Position numbers and translations under genes: made by a program
The notes under the pieces: generated by a model
Database searches by the model: none
Seen by the model: the letters and a program-made list of their open reading frames with translations, nothing else
Told to the model about the DNA's origin: nothing
Part shown: in pieces, positions 19,657-28,712 of the stretch
Position numbering within the stretch: position 1 is the first letter of the stretch
How the letters are laid out: the number at the start of each line of letters is the position of its first letter
DNA from: an uncultured Clostridia bacterium
Lineage (GTDB): Bacteria; Bacillota; Clostridia; Oscillospirales; Acutalibacteraceae
Reading direction: 5' to 3'
Length of the DNA: 64,000 nucleotides
Assembly: GCA_944384915.1 (NCBI GenBank)
Contig: CALWVH010000135.1
Location: forward strand, 1,483 to 65,482

Positions 19657-20193
19657 ATGAAAAAACCATTATCTTTCCTCTCCAGAGAGTCCCTTTTGCA
19701 GGCTGGAGTTTATCAATACGGTCTCATCGACGTTCAGGAGATTCCCTTTTCGCCGGAAGTTCGCGTTATGTGTACCGCCTGTCCATCGTATAACCATTCT
19801 TGGGCTTGTCCTCCAGCGGTAGGAGAGATAGATGACTGCCGTCAAACCTGTCTTTCTTATGAAAAAATGCTGGTATTCAGCGCACGGTATGAATTGGAGG
19901 ACAGCTTTGATTATGAAGGAATACAGGCTGGAATGCGAGCCTTTAAAGAAGTATGTGATAAGGTTTTCCAACTGACTCATCAACACGAGGGGCGGTATCT
20001 TCTCTTATCCAACGAGGGTTGTTTCCGATGCAAACAATGCACCTGGCCCAACGCTCCCTGCCGTATGCCGGACCGCCTATTCCCCTCTATAGAAGGCTAT
20101 GGTATTTTGGTCAGCGAATTGGCCAGAAAGGCAAAAATCTCTTATGTTAACGGCCCAAATACCGTAACTTATTTTGGAGGTCTTTTATTTTAA
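19657..20193 (+). CDS. DUF2284-like Cys-rich metal-binding protein
   Basis: It has the CPSYNHSWACPP motif plus CFRCKQC. GAGGAG precedes the ATG at 19657; the ORF-track start at 19528 is an unsupported extension. Confidence 0.65.
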   Translation: MKKPLSFLSRESLLQAGVYQYGLIDVQEIPFSPEVRVMCTACPSYNHSWACPPAVGEIDDCRQTCLSYEKMLVFSARYELEDSFDYEGIQAGMRAFKEVCDKVFQLTHQHEGRYLLLSNEGCFRCKQCTWPNAPCRMPDRLFPSIEGYGILVSELARKAKISYVNGPNTVTYFGGLLF

Positions 20194-20330
20194 TTCTATT
20201 TTCCAGTACATATCACACAAAATATGCAACTTTGATGCAAATTTGATAAATAATGGATACGAAGTTGTAACGTTTCTGATACATTGGGAATCTATTCTTT
20301 AAACAGGAATTAGTTTAAAGGAGATAAACT

Positions 20331-21107
20331 ATGAAACGGAAATATAAAATCGGTATTCTCATATCTTGTATCATTGTTGTAATCGCTTTCTGGTTTCTTT
20401 TCTCTTTAGTTTCTTTTTTGCGGCCTGTTTCAGCTGTGCCTGCCCAGAAATCCTCCATACAATCATCATTGGAGATTTTGGATGACATTGAAAATCCAGA
20501 CTCCGTTTCTGATTGTACGCTGAATGTGCCTTACCTTTCGCAGGAGAATGTCTTTCCCACAGGATGCGAAATTGTCAGCACCGCCATGGTTCTGCAATAT
20601 TGGGGAATCCATATCTCCCCTCAGGAATTAGCGGAAATACTGCCCTGTGAATTTTTGTATGAAGATACAGAGGGGCTTCACGGTCCCGACCCCAACGAGT
20701 ATTTTGTAGGTTCTCCCTTTGACCCCAACAGTTATGGCTGCTACGCTCCTGTAATCGCCAATTTGGTGTCTGTGGCAGCCCCCTCTCTTTCCTCTTATGT
20801 ACTTTACGACTGTTTACTGGAGGAACTGTATGAAAACTATGTCTCCCAGGGAATTCCCGTACTGCTTTGGTGCACCATCAATATGCTGGAAAGCTATGAC
20901 AGCACTATATGGATTCTGCCCGATGGTTCTGCTTTTACCTGGAGAAGCAATGAACACTGTCTGGTATTGACTGGTAGGGAGAACGGGAATTACATCTGCA
21001 TGGACCCCTACGATTCCAATGGACAAGTTTCTATTTCTTCCGCACTGTTGGAACAGCGCTATGAGGAAATGGGAAGCCAAGCGGTAGCAATCGTACCCGA
21101 ATCATAA
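20331..21107 (+). CDS. membrane-anchored C39-like (Peptidase_C39_2) cysteine peptidase
   Basis: It has an N-terminal TM anchor, a candidate catalytic Cys in FPTGCEIVSTAM and a candidate His in NEHCLVLTG. The gene is visibly more AT-rich than its neighbours. Confidence 0.65.
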   Translation: MKRKYKIGILISCIIVVIAFWFLFSLVSFLRPVSAVPAQKSSIQSSLEILDDIENPDSVSDCTLNVPYLSQENVFPTGCEIVSTAMVLQYWGIHISPQELAEILPCEFLYEDTEGLHGPDPNEYFVGSPFDPNSYGCYAPVIANLVSVAAPSLSSYVLYDCLLEELYENYVSQGIPVLLWCTINMLESYDSTIWILPDGSAFTWRSNEHCLVLTGRENGNYICMDPYDSNGQVSISSALLEQRYEEMGSQAVAIVPES

Positions 21108-21149
21108 CAAAACGCGGAGACAAGCCCTTTGTCTCCGCGTTTTGTTATG
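21103..21149. terminator. bidirectional terminator, 21-bp perfect inverted repeat
   Basis: The repeat is cataacaaaacgcggagacaa gccct ttgtctccgcgttttgttatg. It overlaps the C39 stop codon and ends 3 nt before the spoIIE stop. Confidence 0.85.
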
Positions 21150-21151
21150 AT

Positions 21152-23536
21152 TCAGGATCTTTTTATCGCTGACCGTTCCTCCATCACCATTACCAAAGCT
21201 GTGATATCGTCGTCATGACCGTCGGTACGCCGTTCCTGGGCACCCTGCACCAGCCGTTTTGCCAGTTCTCCTGGGTCTCCTCCAGGCCATTCCTCTAGCA
21301 TTCCACACACCCATTCACAACCGCAAGCGGTTATCCCATCGGACACCATGGCGATCATGTCCCCCGGTTCCAGCTGCACCTCAGCTCGGGCAAATTCCGC
21401 CTCTCCCAAAATTCCAATGGGAAAAGAAGGGGCTTCCACCTCTTGTCCTTTTCCACCGCGGCGTACAAAACTCACCGGAGAACCCGCTTTATAGAACACC
21501 GCTTTGCCTGTATGCAGATCCAAAGAAAGCACATCCAGCGTTGCAAGGGATTCGTCCCCTGACCTGGCCAACAATGCCGCATTGGTAAGCTGTAGTGCAC
21601 ATTGAAAGCCAATGCCGGATTTTAATAGACTCTCCATAATGCCAGAAGCCATGGCTCCGTCGACAGCCGCTCTGCCTCCGGTTCCCATACCATCGCTGAT
21701 AATAGAAATCTCGTGGCCGTATTCATCGGAAAATACAGAATAACTGTCACCACACAGGTTTCCCCCGCCACAGATATGCTGTGCTGCACCGTGAGCGGCC
21801 TTGTATACTGGCTTTTCACTGAGAACAATACGGCATCTGTCTCCATCCATCGTGATCTGGGGAGCCGAAAAATCACGCCCGCAGGCTTGAGAGATCTCCC
21901 GGCACAGAGAGCCTTTATTCAGTCTGACTCTATCTCCCCGAGATGCCTCCGCCTCTACCGTCATTCGATCATATCGGTCTATGCGACAGCACACTTCCAA
22001 GGGCAGGATTCCCGTTTGCCGAAGCACCTCCCCCACACGACAAGCATTTTCTTGATCGAAGTGATCCATCTCTCCGGCTTCATGAGCCAAATCCTCCAAC
22101 AGGCAGGCGGTAATACCAAACTGGCTCACTGCTACTTCCCGGACTTGTCCTGCCCGAAGCTCCGCCGCCTCCCGGGCCAGATATTCCTGATAGGCGTTGT
22201 TGATATTCTTTACCAATTCTGGAAGACGAGCACAGCGATCTTGTAAATATCCAGGCATTTCCCGTTTTTCTACCTGCCCTTCCCGACGCAGGGTATCCGT
22301 AACGGATTCCAGCGCTTCAATGGTGGCGTGGTATTCTCGTTCCCAACAGTACGGCTTGAGTCCGCAGTGACGGCAGGTTTTGGAGGCCGCCTTGGCGTAT
22401 ACCCCCTGAGGGTCTGGGGCACAAAGCTGGGAGAGTTTGCTGGAAATGGTCTCCACTGACTGGGATACCTGCGATAAGGCCTGAGAAGCTCGCCGCAGCC
22501 GCATGACCATGCTTTCCCGCAAGCCGCTTTCCCGTAGGGTATCCCCAGGAGCGGAAAATAACGTTGCCACACGCCCCCCGGAAGGGATTACCAAAAACAA
22601 CACCGTTGCCGCCGCTACTTCATAAACTCCCGAAAAATCCTGTCCTGCTCCCACATGAAGGCCAGCAGTTAGCCCAGCTATTGCAAAAGCCAATGCTGAC
22701 GCCCACTTTCCAAAGGGAGAAAAGATCCCGGCCAGCAAGCCTCCTAGAGCATAAATCCCAGAAATGGGGGAAATTCCTACAGTAGAAAGGCTCATAGTGG
22801 TGCCTGCCGCGATGCCTGACACGGCTCCGGCAGAAACGCCGCCATACCGTCCTGCATATAGCACAAACAGGATCGCGCCAATCCGTCCTAGAGAGACTCC
22901 ATAAAAAGTCACATTGGAAAAAGCCAGCGCCGCCGTACACAAAAACACGGTCATTCCGGCTAGATCCGGCTGGGTAAGACTTCTCAACCCGCCTCTTCCC
23001 GGCAACTCCCACACCCGCTGGAAAAACCAGCATCCTCCGGCTCCCAAAAGGCCCTCTGCAAAATATAGTGCCGCGGTATTGGTGGTAGAACCGTTGAGCA
23101 TTACCATTGCTGCCCCAGTAGCTAACAATGGGCCAGCTGCTGCAAGCGGCCCTGCAAACTGGTTACGGCTGATGCGGTGCATATCGTGGAGCGTCCAGCG
23201 GATAGCCGCCGCTGCCAGCACACAGGTGAGATATCGCACCGGAACCAGAATGGGAGAGGGAACCAGATACCCCATCATGGCTCCGCCTGCCGCCGCCCAC
23301 ATAAAATGATAGGGGGATGCGGCCACTGCCGCAATGCCAAAAGGAGCATATTTTCCAAAAACAATGCCCCGGGAGAATAGCAGCCCCACCAAAAAACTGG
23401 CCGCGATCCCTGCCAGTTCTGCTGTGATGGGGGACTCCTTCCACCGGACCACCCGCTCCCGTACTGCCGCCAATGTACTCACCTTGCAACACCATGCCTT
23501 CCTGTTAAACTTCCGTTTTTTTATGCTTTTCTTCAT
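21152..23536 (-). CDS. spoIIE: stage II sporulation protein E (PP2C phosphatase with polytopic membrane domain)
   Basis: The 794-aa product has about 10 N-terminal TM segments, a central domain and a C-terminal PP2C domain (SDGMGTGGRAAVDG, SDGI). The start codon is uncertain; see the finding on the promoter. Confidence 0.85.
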   Translation of the reverse strand: MKKSIKKRKFNRKAWCCKVSTLAAVRERVVRWKESPITAELAGIAASFLVGLLFSRGIVFGKYAPFGIAAVAASPYHFMWAAAGGAMMGYLVPSPILVPVRYLTCVLAAAAIRWTLHDMHRISRNQFAGPLAAAGPLLATGAAMVMLNGSTTNTAALYFAEGLLGAGGCWFFQRVWELPGRGGLRSLTQPDLAGMTVFLCTAALAFSNVTFYGVSLGRIGAILFVLYAGRYGGVSAGAVSGIAAGTTMSLSTVGISPISGIYALGGLLAGIFSPFGKWASALAFAIAGLTAGLHVGAGQDFSGVYEVAAATVLFLVIPSGGRVATLFSAPGDTLRESGLRESMVMRLRRASQALSQVSQSVETISSKLSQLCAPDPQGVYAKAASKTCRHCGLKPYCWEREYHATIEALESVTDTLRREGQVEKREMPGYLQDRCARLPELVKNINNAYQEYLAREAAELRAGQVREVAVSQFGITACLLEDLAHEAGEMDHFDQENACRVGEVLRQTGILPLEVCCRIDRYDRMTVEAEASRGDRVRLNKGSLCREISQACGRDFSAPQITMDGDRCRIVLSEKPVYKAAHGAAQHICGGGNLCGDSYSVFSDEYGHEISIISDGMGTGGRAAVDGAMASGIMESLLKSGIGFQCALQLTNAALLARSGDESLATLDVLSLDLHTGKAVFYKAGSPVSFVRRGGKGQEVEAPSFPIGILGEAEFARAEVQLEPGDMIAMVSDGITACGCEWVCGMLEEWPGGDPGELAKRLVQGAQERRTDGHDDDITALVMVMEERSAIKRS

Positions 23537-23567
23537 TGTAGCCCGGAAGGCAGGCTCATTTTGTCAA
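23535..23567 (-). promoter_or_regulatory. sigma-A-like promoter elements with 21-bp spacer upstream of / overlapping the spoIIE start
   Basis: On the minus strand, TTGACA (23562-23567) is followed by 21 nt and then TACAAT (23535-23540). The annotated ATG (23534-23536) overlaps the -10 hexamer. Confidence 0.4.
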
Positions 23568-23749
23568 AGAGCGGCGGCGTCAGCTTCCTTTTTCTCCGGG
23601 AAAATCCCCCATTTTATGGGGAAAAATCCGCCCCTCTCACAAAGTTTTCCAGCAAAAAAACCAGTGCTCTTCCCCTGCTCCCCCAAATCTCCGGAAATCC
23701 CGGAAAAGGGGACACATTCGGCAAAGCACCGGTTTTTATTTATTACAAC

Positions 23750-24940
23750 TTACAGAAATGCCTTTGCGGTTTCTCCCAAAATCTGGACGCCCTTTACCAG
23801 CTGTTCATCCGTAGGAGTGGAGAAATTGATACGGAAAGCCTGACAGGGGGCTGTATCATCGGTAAGGAATGCGTTTCCAGGCACCACGCACACCTTATTC
23901 AGCACCGCCGCCTTGCAGAAAGCAGGCATATCCGCGCCGTCTGGCAGCTTGCACCACAGGAACAAACCGCCCTCAATAGGATTCCAGGTAATCCCCAGAG
24001 GACGCAGATGTTTTTCCATCTGTTCCAACATAATACCGCTCTTTTTGCGGTAAATATCCTTAAGCCCCGCCAGATGAGCATCATAATCATACCGGGTCAT
24101 AAACTCGTCGCAAATAATCTGGGAAAGCATACCCGTGTGGACATCCTCACCCTGCTTGCAGACGATCATCTTTTGCAGCACCGTCTTGGGGCCAATGGCA
24201 TATCCCACCCGGATACCCGGAGAAATCACCTTGGAGAAGGTACCAGCATACATGACCACACCCTCTTCATCCAGGCTCTTGATGGCGGGGATATGCTCCC
24301 CGGCAAACCGCAAGTCACCGTAGGGATTATCCTCCAAAATCATTACGCCATACTTTTTAGCCAGTTCATACATCTTTTTCCGCTTTTCCCAGCTCATGGT
24401 GATACCGGAGGGGTTCTGGAAATTAGGGATGGTATAGATGAATTTGGCTTTTTTCTCTTCTTGCAGCGCCTTTTCCAAAGCCTCCATATCCATGCCGTCT
24501 GCTTCCATAGGCACACCATGCAGGCGCACCTTATAGGAGCGGAAGGTATTCAGGGAGCCAATGAAGCTGGGCTCTTCGCAGATCACCACATCTCCCTCGT
24601 TGCACAAGGATTTGGTGAGCAGGTCCATTACCTGCTGAGCGCCGGAGGTAATGAGGATATCGTCAAAGTCACGGCCCACATGGTGGGTCTTTTTCATGTA
24701 GGCAGCCACGGTTTTCCGCAGAGGAACATATCCCTCTGTCTGGCCGTATTGCAGGGCATCCACCGGTCGCTCCGCCATGACCCGAGCGGTGATTTCCGCA
24801 ATGGCCTCCTTGGGGAAGGCTTCCGGCGCCGGATTACCGGCGGAGAGGGAAATGACCGCAGGGTCTGCCGCATATTTAAAGATCTCACGAATGGCAGAGG
24901 GCTTTAATGCCTGCACTCTGTCGGAAAATACATATTCCAT
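23750..24940 (-). CDS. PLP-dependent aminotransferase, class I/II
   Basis: The 396-aa product starts ...ALKPSAIREIFKYAADPAVISLSAGNP and has SFSKVISPGIRVGY around the PLP lysine. Confidence 0.85.
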   Translation of the reverse strand: MEYVFSDRVQALKPSAIREIFKYAADPAVISLSAGNPAPEAFPKEAIAEITARVMAERPVDALQYGQTEGYVPLRKTVAAYMKKTHHVGRDFDDILITSGAQQVMDLLTKSLCNEGDVVICEEPSFIGSLNTFRSYKVRLHGVPMEADGMDMEALEKALQEEKKAKFIYTIPNFQNPSGITMSWEKRKKMYELAKKYGVMILEDNPYGDLRFAGEHIPAIKSLDEEGVVMYAGTFSKVISPGIRVGYAIGPKTVLQKMIVCKQGEDVHTGMLSQIICDEFMTRYDYDAHLAGLKDIYRKKSGIMLEQMEKHLRPLGITWNPIEGGLFLWCKLPDGADMPAFCKAAVLNKVCVVPGNAFLTDDTAPCQAFRINFSTPTDEQLVKGVQILGETAKAFL

Positions 24941-25063
24941 CGAAAACAGTTCCTTTCCTGATTTGTGGGGCGGGATTCTTTTCCGCTTTTTCCTGTTACA
25001 GTGATATCATACCACGAACCTGACCAATAGGAAAGCCTACAAGAAAACTTTCTTTTCAAAAAC

Positions 25064-26338
25064 TCACTTCTGCCGGTTCCGCAGCATGGAAACCAGGCCG
25101 GAGAGCTTAGGCGGCTTGCCATACATCAGCACTCCAATGCGATAGATGGCGGCGCCCAAATATCCCAGGGCCACAGCTCCAGCCGCCATCAATGCCACCG
25201 AAATGGCGATCTCCCAACCAGCTACATTTCCCATAGTGATGCGCACAAACATGGCCATAGGGGAGGTCAGCGGGATATAAGAACAGGCGATCATTAGAGG
25301 AGTATCCACCTCGCCGGTGTTCAGGGCTACAACCACAATGAGGAACACCACCACAAACAGCATCGTAGCCGGAGTAATCACGTTGCTCAGGTCCTCCACC
25401 CGGCTGACCAGAGATGCCAACGCTGCAAACATAAAAGCATAGATAAAGAAGCCCAGAATAAAGCACAAGAGAGCGTACAACAAAGTATCTATGGGAATAT
25501 TGAACAGGGTCTTCATCACTGACATAGCGCCGGTGTAATAAGGTTCGTTAATCTGGTAGGCTCCATAAGCCGTCCCCAGCACCAGCACAAATTGCAGCAA
25601 TCCTGCGCACCCAGCTCCAAACACCTTGCCAAACATCAGGCTGGAGGGCCGCGCCGAGGTAATCAGCAGTTCCATAGCCCGGGAACTCTTCTCGGTAGCC
25701 ACGCTGGAAGCCACCATCTGACCATAGAAAATAATGGCCATATACAGCAGCATAATGAGCACATAGGTGAACAGATAACTGTTGGCCTGATTTTTTCCGG
25801 CCTCTGTCTGTTCCAATGTCTCCTGTACTTGGGCAGAGAGTACCTGCTGTACCTGCTCCTCACTCATGCCGCTCTGTGACATGGCCTGTGCCCGATAGGT
25901 TTGCAGCAGAACTTCCCGTAAAACCGTAGAAAGCTGATCGTACAGGTTCACTGTGCCCGTAATGCGGGTATATTGCAGCAGGGAATCAAATATCAATCCA
26001 TCGGTATAGGTGTCGTCCTCTACCGCCTGCATCAGTTCTTCCTTGGTGCCAGAATAGGGCTGGAAAATTTCCGCACCTTCCACGGCTCCCATAGACTGGT
26101 TTAAAAGCTGGGACAGCTGCTCTGAGGTCATTCCCATCTCCTGCGCAGCCGACACTGCAATCCGCTGCCCTTCCAATCCAGTAGAGACTTCGCCCTCCTC
26201 TGAAGAAGAAGCGAAAAAGCGTGGCAGGGTGAGTCCCACTGCGATAAGGACCATCAACAACAGGGTCACGATCTGGAAGGGGCGCTTTTTCAGGTAAGTC
26301 CCCAGTTCATATTCAAAAACGGCGAAAAACTGTTTCAT
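25064..26338 (-). CDS. ABC-2 family transporter permease (NatB-like)
   Basis: The 424-aa product has one N-terminal TM, a large extracytoplasmic loop and five C-terminal TM segments. It overlaps the upstream ATPase gene by 4 nt. Confidence 0.8.
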   Translation of the reverse strand: MKQFFAVFEYELGTYLKKRPFQIVTLLLMVLIAVGLTLPRFFASSSEEGEVSTGLEGQRIAVSAAQEMGMTSEQLSQLLNQSMGAVEGAEIFQPYSGTKEELMQAVEDDTYTDGLIFDSLLQYTRITGTVNLYDQLSTVLREVLLQTYRAQAMSQSGMSEEQVQQVLSAQVQETLEQTEAGKNQANSYLFTYVLIMLLYMAIIFYGQMVASSVATEKSSRAMELLITSARPSSLMFGKVFGAGCAGLLQFVLVLGTAYGAYQINEPYYTGAMSVMKTLFNIPIDTLLYALLCFILGFFIYAFMFAALASLVSRVEDLSNVITPATMLFVVVFLIVVVALNTGEVDTPLMIACSYIPLTSPMAMFVRITMGNVAGWEIAISVALMAAGAVALGYLGAAIYRIGVLMYGKPPKLSGLVSMLRNRQK

Positions 26339-27273
26339 TTGCTCTCGCTCCCTTCTGCCTCTTCCTCATCGCTGGTAGTGGCCTCCACAAAAATATCATT
26401 CAAAGTAGGGGTGATTAGCTGCACACCGTCCACCACAAGGCCGGAAGCGCCTACAGCGGAAAATAACGCGGCTTCTTCCCCTTCGTGGAGCAGTTCTACC
26501 GCTGCGCCCTCTTTTACAGCATGGGCGTTTTTCACCACACCGGAAAGGGATTCCCGGCAAAAACGAAGGACTTTTTCGGTTTCTCCAGTTTGAATGAGCC
26601 AGCGGCCACGCCCCTTTGCACGGCGCAGCTCCCGAATGCTGCCGGAAAGCACGATCTCTCCATGGTGCAGGATAGCAATGGAATCGCAGAATTCCTCTAC
26701 ATAGTTCATCTGGTGGCTGGAAAACAGCACGATCTTTCCAGAATCAATGAGTTCCCGCACTACATCCTTCAAAAGCATGGCGTTTACCGGGTCAAGGCCA
26801 GAAAATGGTTCATCCAAGATCACAAAATCCGGGTCAGACACCAGCGCCGCCGTCAGCTGGATTTTCTGCTGGTTCCCCTTTGACAGAGCATCCAGCTTTT
26901 TGTTGCCGTATTCGTCCATGCCCAATCGACGCAGCCACTTCATGCTATTTTCTTTGGCATCGTGGGCCGTCATGCCCCGCAACCGCCCCAAATAGATCAG
27001 CTGCTCCAAGATATTCACTTTAGGATAAAGCCCCCGCTCCTCTGGCAGGTAGCCAATATTAGTCTTTTCCCGTACCATGGGGACGCCGTTCAGCAATACC
27101 TTTCCGCTGTCCGCCGGGAATACGTCCATGATAATGCGGATAGTGGTAGTTTTTCCCGCGCCATTGCGGCCCAACAGGCCAAAAGCCTTCCCGCTCTCCG
27201 TAGAGAAGCTCACATCGCGGAGCACCTGCTTTTCTCCAAAACTTTTGTGCAGGTCTTCTACTGCAAATTGCAT
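26335..27273 (-). CDS. ABC transporter ATP-binding protein (NatA-like)
   Basis: It has Walker A (GRNGAGKTT), the LSKGNQQK signature and Walker B (ILDEPFSGLD). The ATG at 27273 gives MQFAVEDL. Confidence 0.9.
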   Translation of the reverse strand: MQFAVEDLHKSFGEKQVLRDVSFSTESGKAFGLLGRNGAGKTTTIRIIMDVFPADSGKVLLNGVPMVREKTNIGYLPEERGLYPKVNILEQLIYLGRLRGMTAHDAKENSMKWLRRLGMDEYGNKKLDALSKGNQQKIQLTAALVSDPDFVILDEPFSGLDPVNAMLLKDVVRELIDSGKIVLFSSHQMNYVEEFCDSIAILHHGEIVLSGSIRELRRAKGRGRWLIQTGETEKVLRFCRESLSGVVKNAHAVKEGAAVELLHEGEEAALFSAVGASGLVVDGVQLITPTLNDIFVEATTSDEEEAEGSESK

Positions 27274-27321
27274 CGATTTCACCCTTTCTCCGGGCAATAC
27301 CCGGACTCCTTTTTCAATGGT

Positions 27322-27789
27322 TCAGATTTTGCGAAGCCGGTTAATCAGGTTTGCCACTATGTAACACAACAACAGTATCATAAAGGAGCAATACAGCGTC
27401 CAGTAGACTGTCAAGCTGTAAAATCCTGTTACCGGCAGAGCTACCAGGAAAAGTACCATACTGGTATGCAATGCCCCTAAAGCGGATTTCTCACGGATAG
27501 AACAGCACCGTTCGTCGGTATACTTGATGTACAACTTTTCCATCCATTCTGGGTTCCGCAAGGCAAGGAGGTTTCGGATAATATAAATAACTCCTACTAC
27601 TCCCGCACCCGCCAGCATTCCGTATCGGCTGGAAGCCAGAAGCTCTTTTGTATCACCGGATACCTGAGGCAAAAGCGCCAATACTCCAGGCTGTTCCAAT
27701 AAAATAATAAGGACAGCCAACCCTACAACCAATAATGCCATCAGTAGGGTTTGGGTCTTGAGGTATTTCCGATACCGTTTCTGATTCAT
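27322..27789 (-). CDS. hypothetical 4-TM membrane protein partnered with a small XRE regulator
   Basis: The 155-aa hydrophobic product overlaps the upstream HTH gene by 4 nt (ATGA). The arrangement resembles YozG/YoaS-type pairs. Confidence 0.6.
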   Translation of the reverse strand: MNQKRYRKYLKTQTLLMALLVVGLAVLIILLEQPGVLALLPQVSGDTKELLASSRYGMLAGAGVVGVIYIIRNLLALRNPEWMEKLYIKYTDERCCSIREKSALGALHTSMVLFLVALPVTGFYSLTVYWTLYCSFMILLLCYIVANLINRLRKI

Positions 27790-27998
27790 GGCAGCTCCGC
27801 TTCCTCCTCGCTGAAATCAAAGACCTCTTCAATGGTCTTGCCAAAATAGTGAGCGATTTTGTAAGCCAATACCAGCGAAGCCGTATACTTCTCATTTTCA
27901 ATGGAAATAATGGTCTGCCGGCTAACCCCCACCGCCTTGGCCAACTCCTCCTGGGTGAGTTTCCTCTCCTTTCGGAGCTGGGCGATTCTGGTTTTCAC
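27786..27998 (-). CDS. XRE-family helix-turn-helix transcriptional regulator (70 aa)
   Basis: It contains LTQEELAKAVGVSRQTIISIENEKYTASL. The start is GTG with GGGGAGGTG upstream. Confidence 0.85.
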   Translation of the reverse strand: MKTRIAQLRKERKLTQEELAKAVGVSRQTIISIENEKYTASLVLAYKIAHYFGKTIEEVFDFSEEEAELP

Positions 27999-28030
27999 CC
28001 AGTCACCTCCCCTTGGAATCTTATGGAGAA

Positions 28031-28059
28031 AGTATAGCTTGCTTTACATTTTTTGTCAA
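28031..28059 (-). promoter_or_regulatory. sigma-A promoter of the XRE/ABC operon, with flanking TTTACATTTT direct repeats
   Basis: On the minus strand, TTGACA (28054-28059) is followed by 17 nt and then TATACT (28031-28036). The 10-mer tttacatttt occurs at 28043-28052 (in the spacer) and again at 28066-28075. Confidence 0.6.
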
Positions 28060-28302
28060 GTTTATTTTACATTTTCTGCGTAAATTTTAAGTAAATACAA
28101 CTATATAATATACCTCTTAAAACAGCAGCCTTATCCGGAAGTTACCGCACATCCCAGACAAGGCTGCTGCTTTTATAAGGAGTCCTTCTATCGAAGGATA
28201 TTTTTAGTATATCACCAAAATGTCGTTTGTCAACTATAATCTCGTTTTTTTGATAGAAAATTGCTAATCCTATTTACAATGGAATTCAAAGGAGTTGAGA
28301 CT

Positions 28303-28665
28303 ATGACCATCAGCGAGGCTCTGCGTACCTTATTGGAAGAACACGACCTTACCCAAAAACAATTGGCACTTGACCTCAATGTAGCTCCTTCTACTTTGGG
28401 AGGATATGTACAGGGCACCAGTGAACCCGATGTTGCCACATTAAAACGCATTGCATCCTATTTTCAAGTATCTATGGATTATTTACTGGATTTTCCCAAA
28501 ACCTCAGATGCTGTCCCAGGAGAAAACGAACTTCTCCGTATTTTCCGCTCTTTGTCCGAAAAAGAAAGGGAGCTGTTTTTAGAACAAGGAAAACTACTAT
28601 TGAGATTCAATCAAAAAGAAAAATCATATTCCTCAATTTCCCAAAGCACTCATAATGTGGGATAA
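28303..28665 (+). CDS. XRE-family helix-turn-helix transcriptional regulator (120 aa)
   Basis: It contains LTQKQLALDLNVAPSTLGGYVQGTSEPDVATLKRIASYFQVSMDYLL. AAAGGAG at 28288-28294 precedes the ATG at 28303. The gene is AT-rich. Confidence 0.8.
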   Translation: MTISEALRTLLEEHDLTQKQLALDLNVAPSTLGGYVQGTSEPDVATLKRIASYFQVSMDYLLDFPKTSDAVPGENELLRIFRSLSEKERELFLEQGKLLLRFNQKEKSYSSISQSTHNVG

Positions 28666-28666
28666 C

Positions 28667-28702
28667 AAAAGCCCTTCCGAATTTTCTTCGGAAGGGCTTT
28701 TT
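28667..28702. terminator. bidirectional terminator between the XRE gene and thrS
   Basis: The 11-bp stem gcccttccgaa ttttc ttcggaagggc is flanked by an A-run and a T-run. Confidence 0.85.
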
Positions 28703-28712
28703 CTTCGAAATA

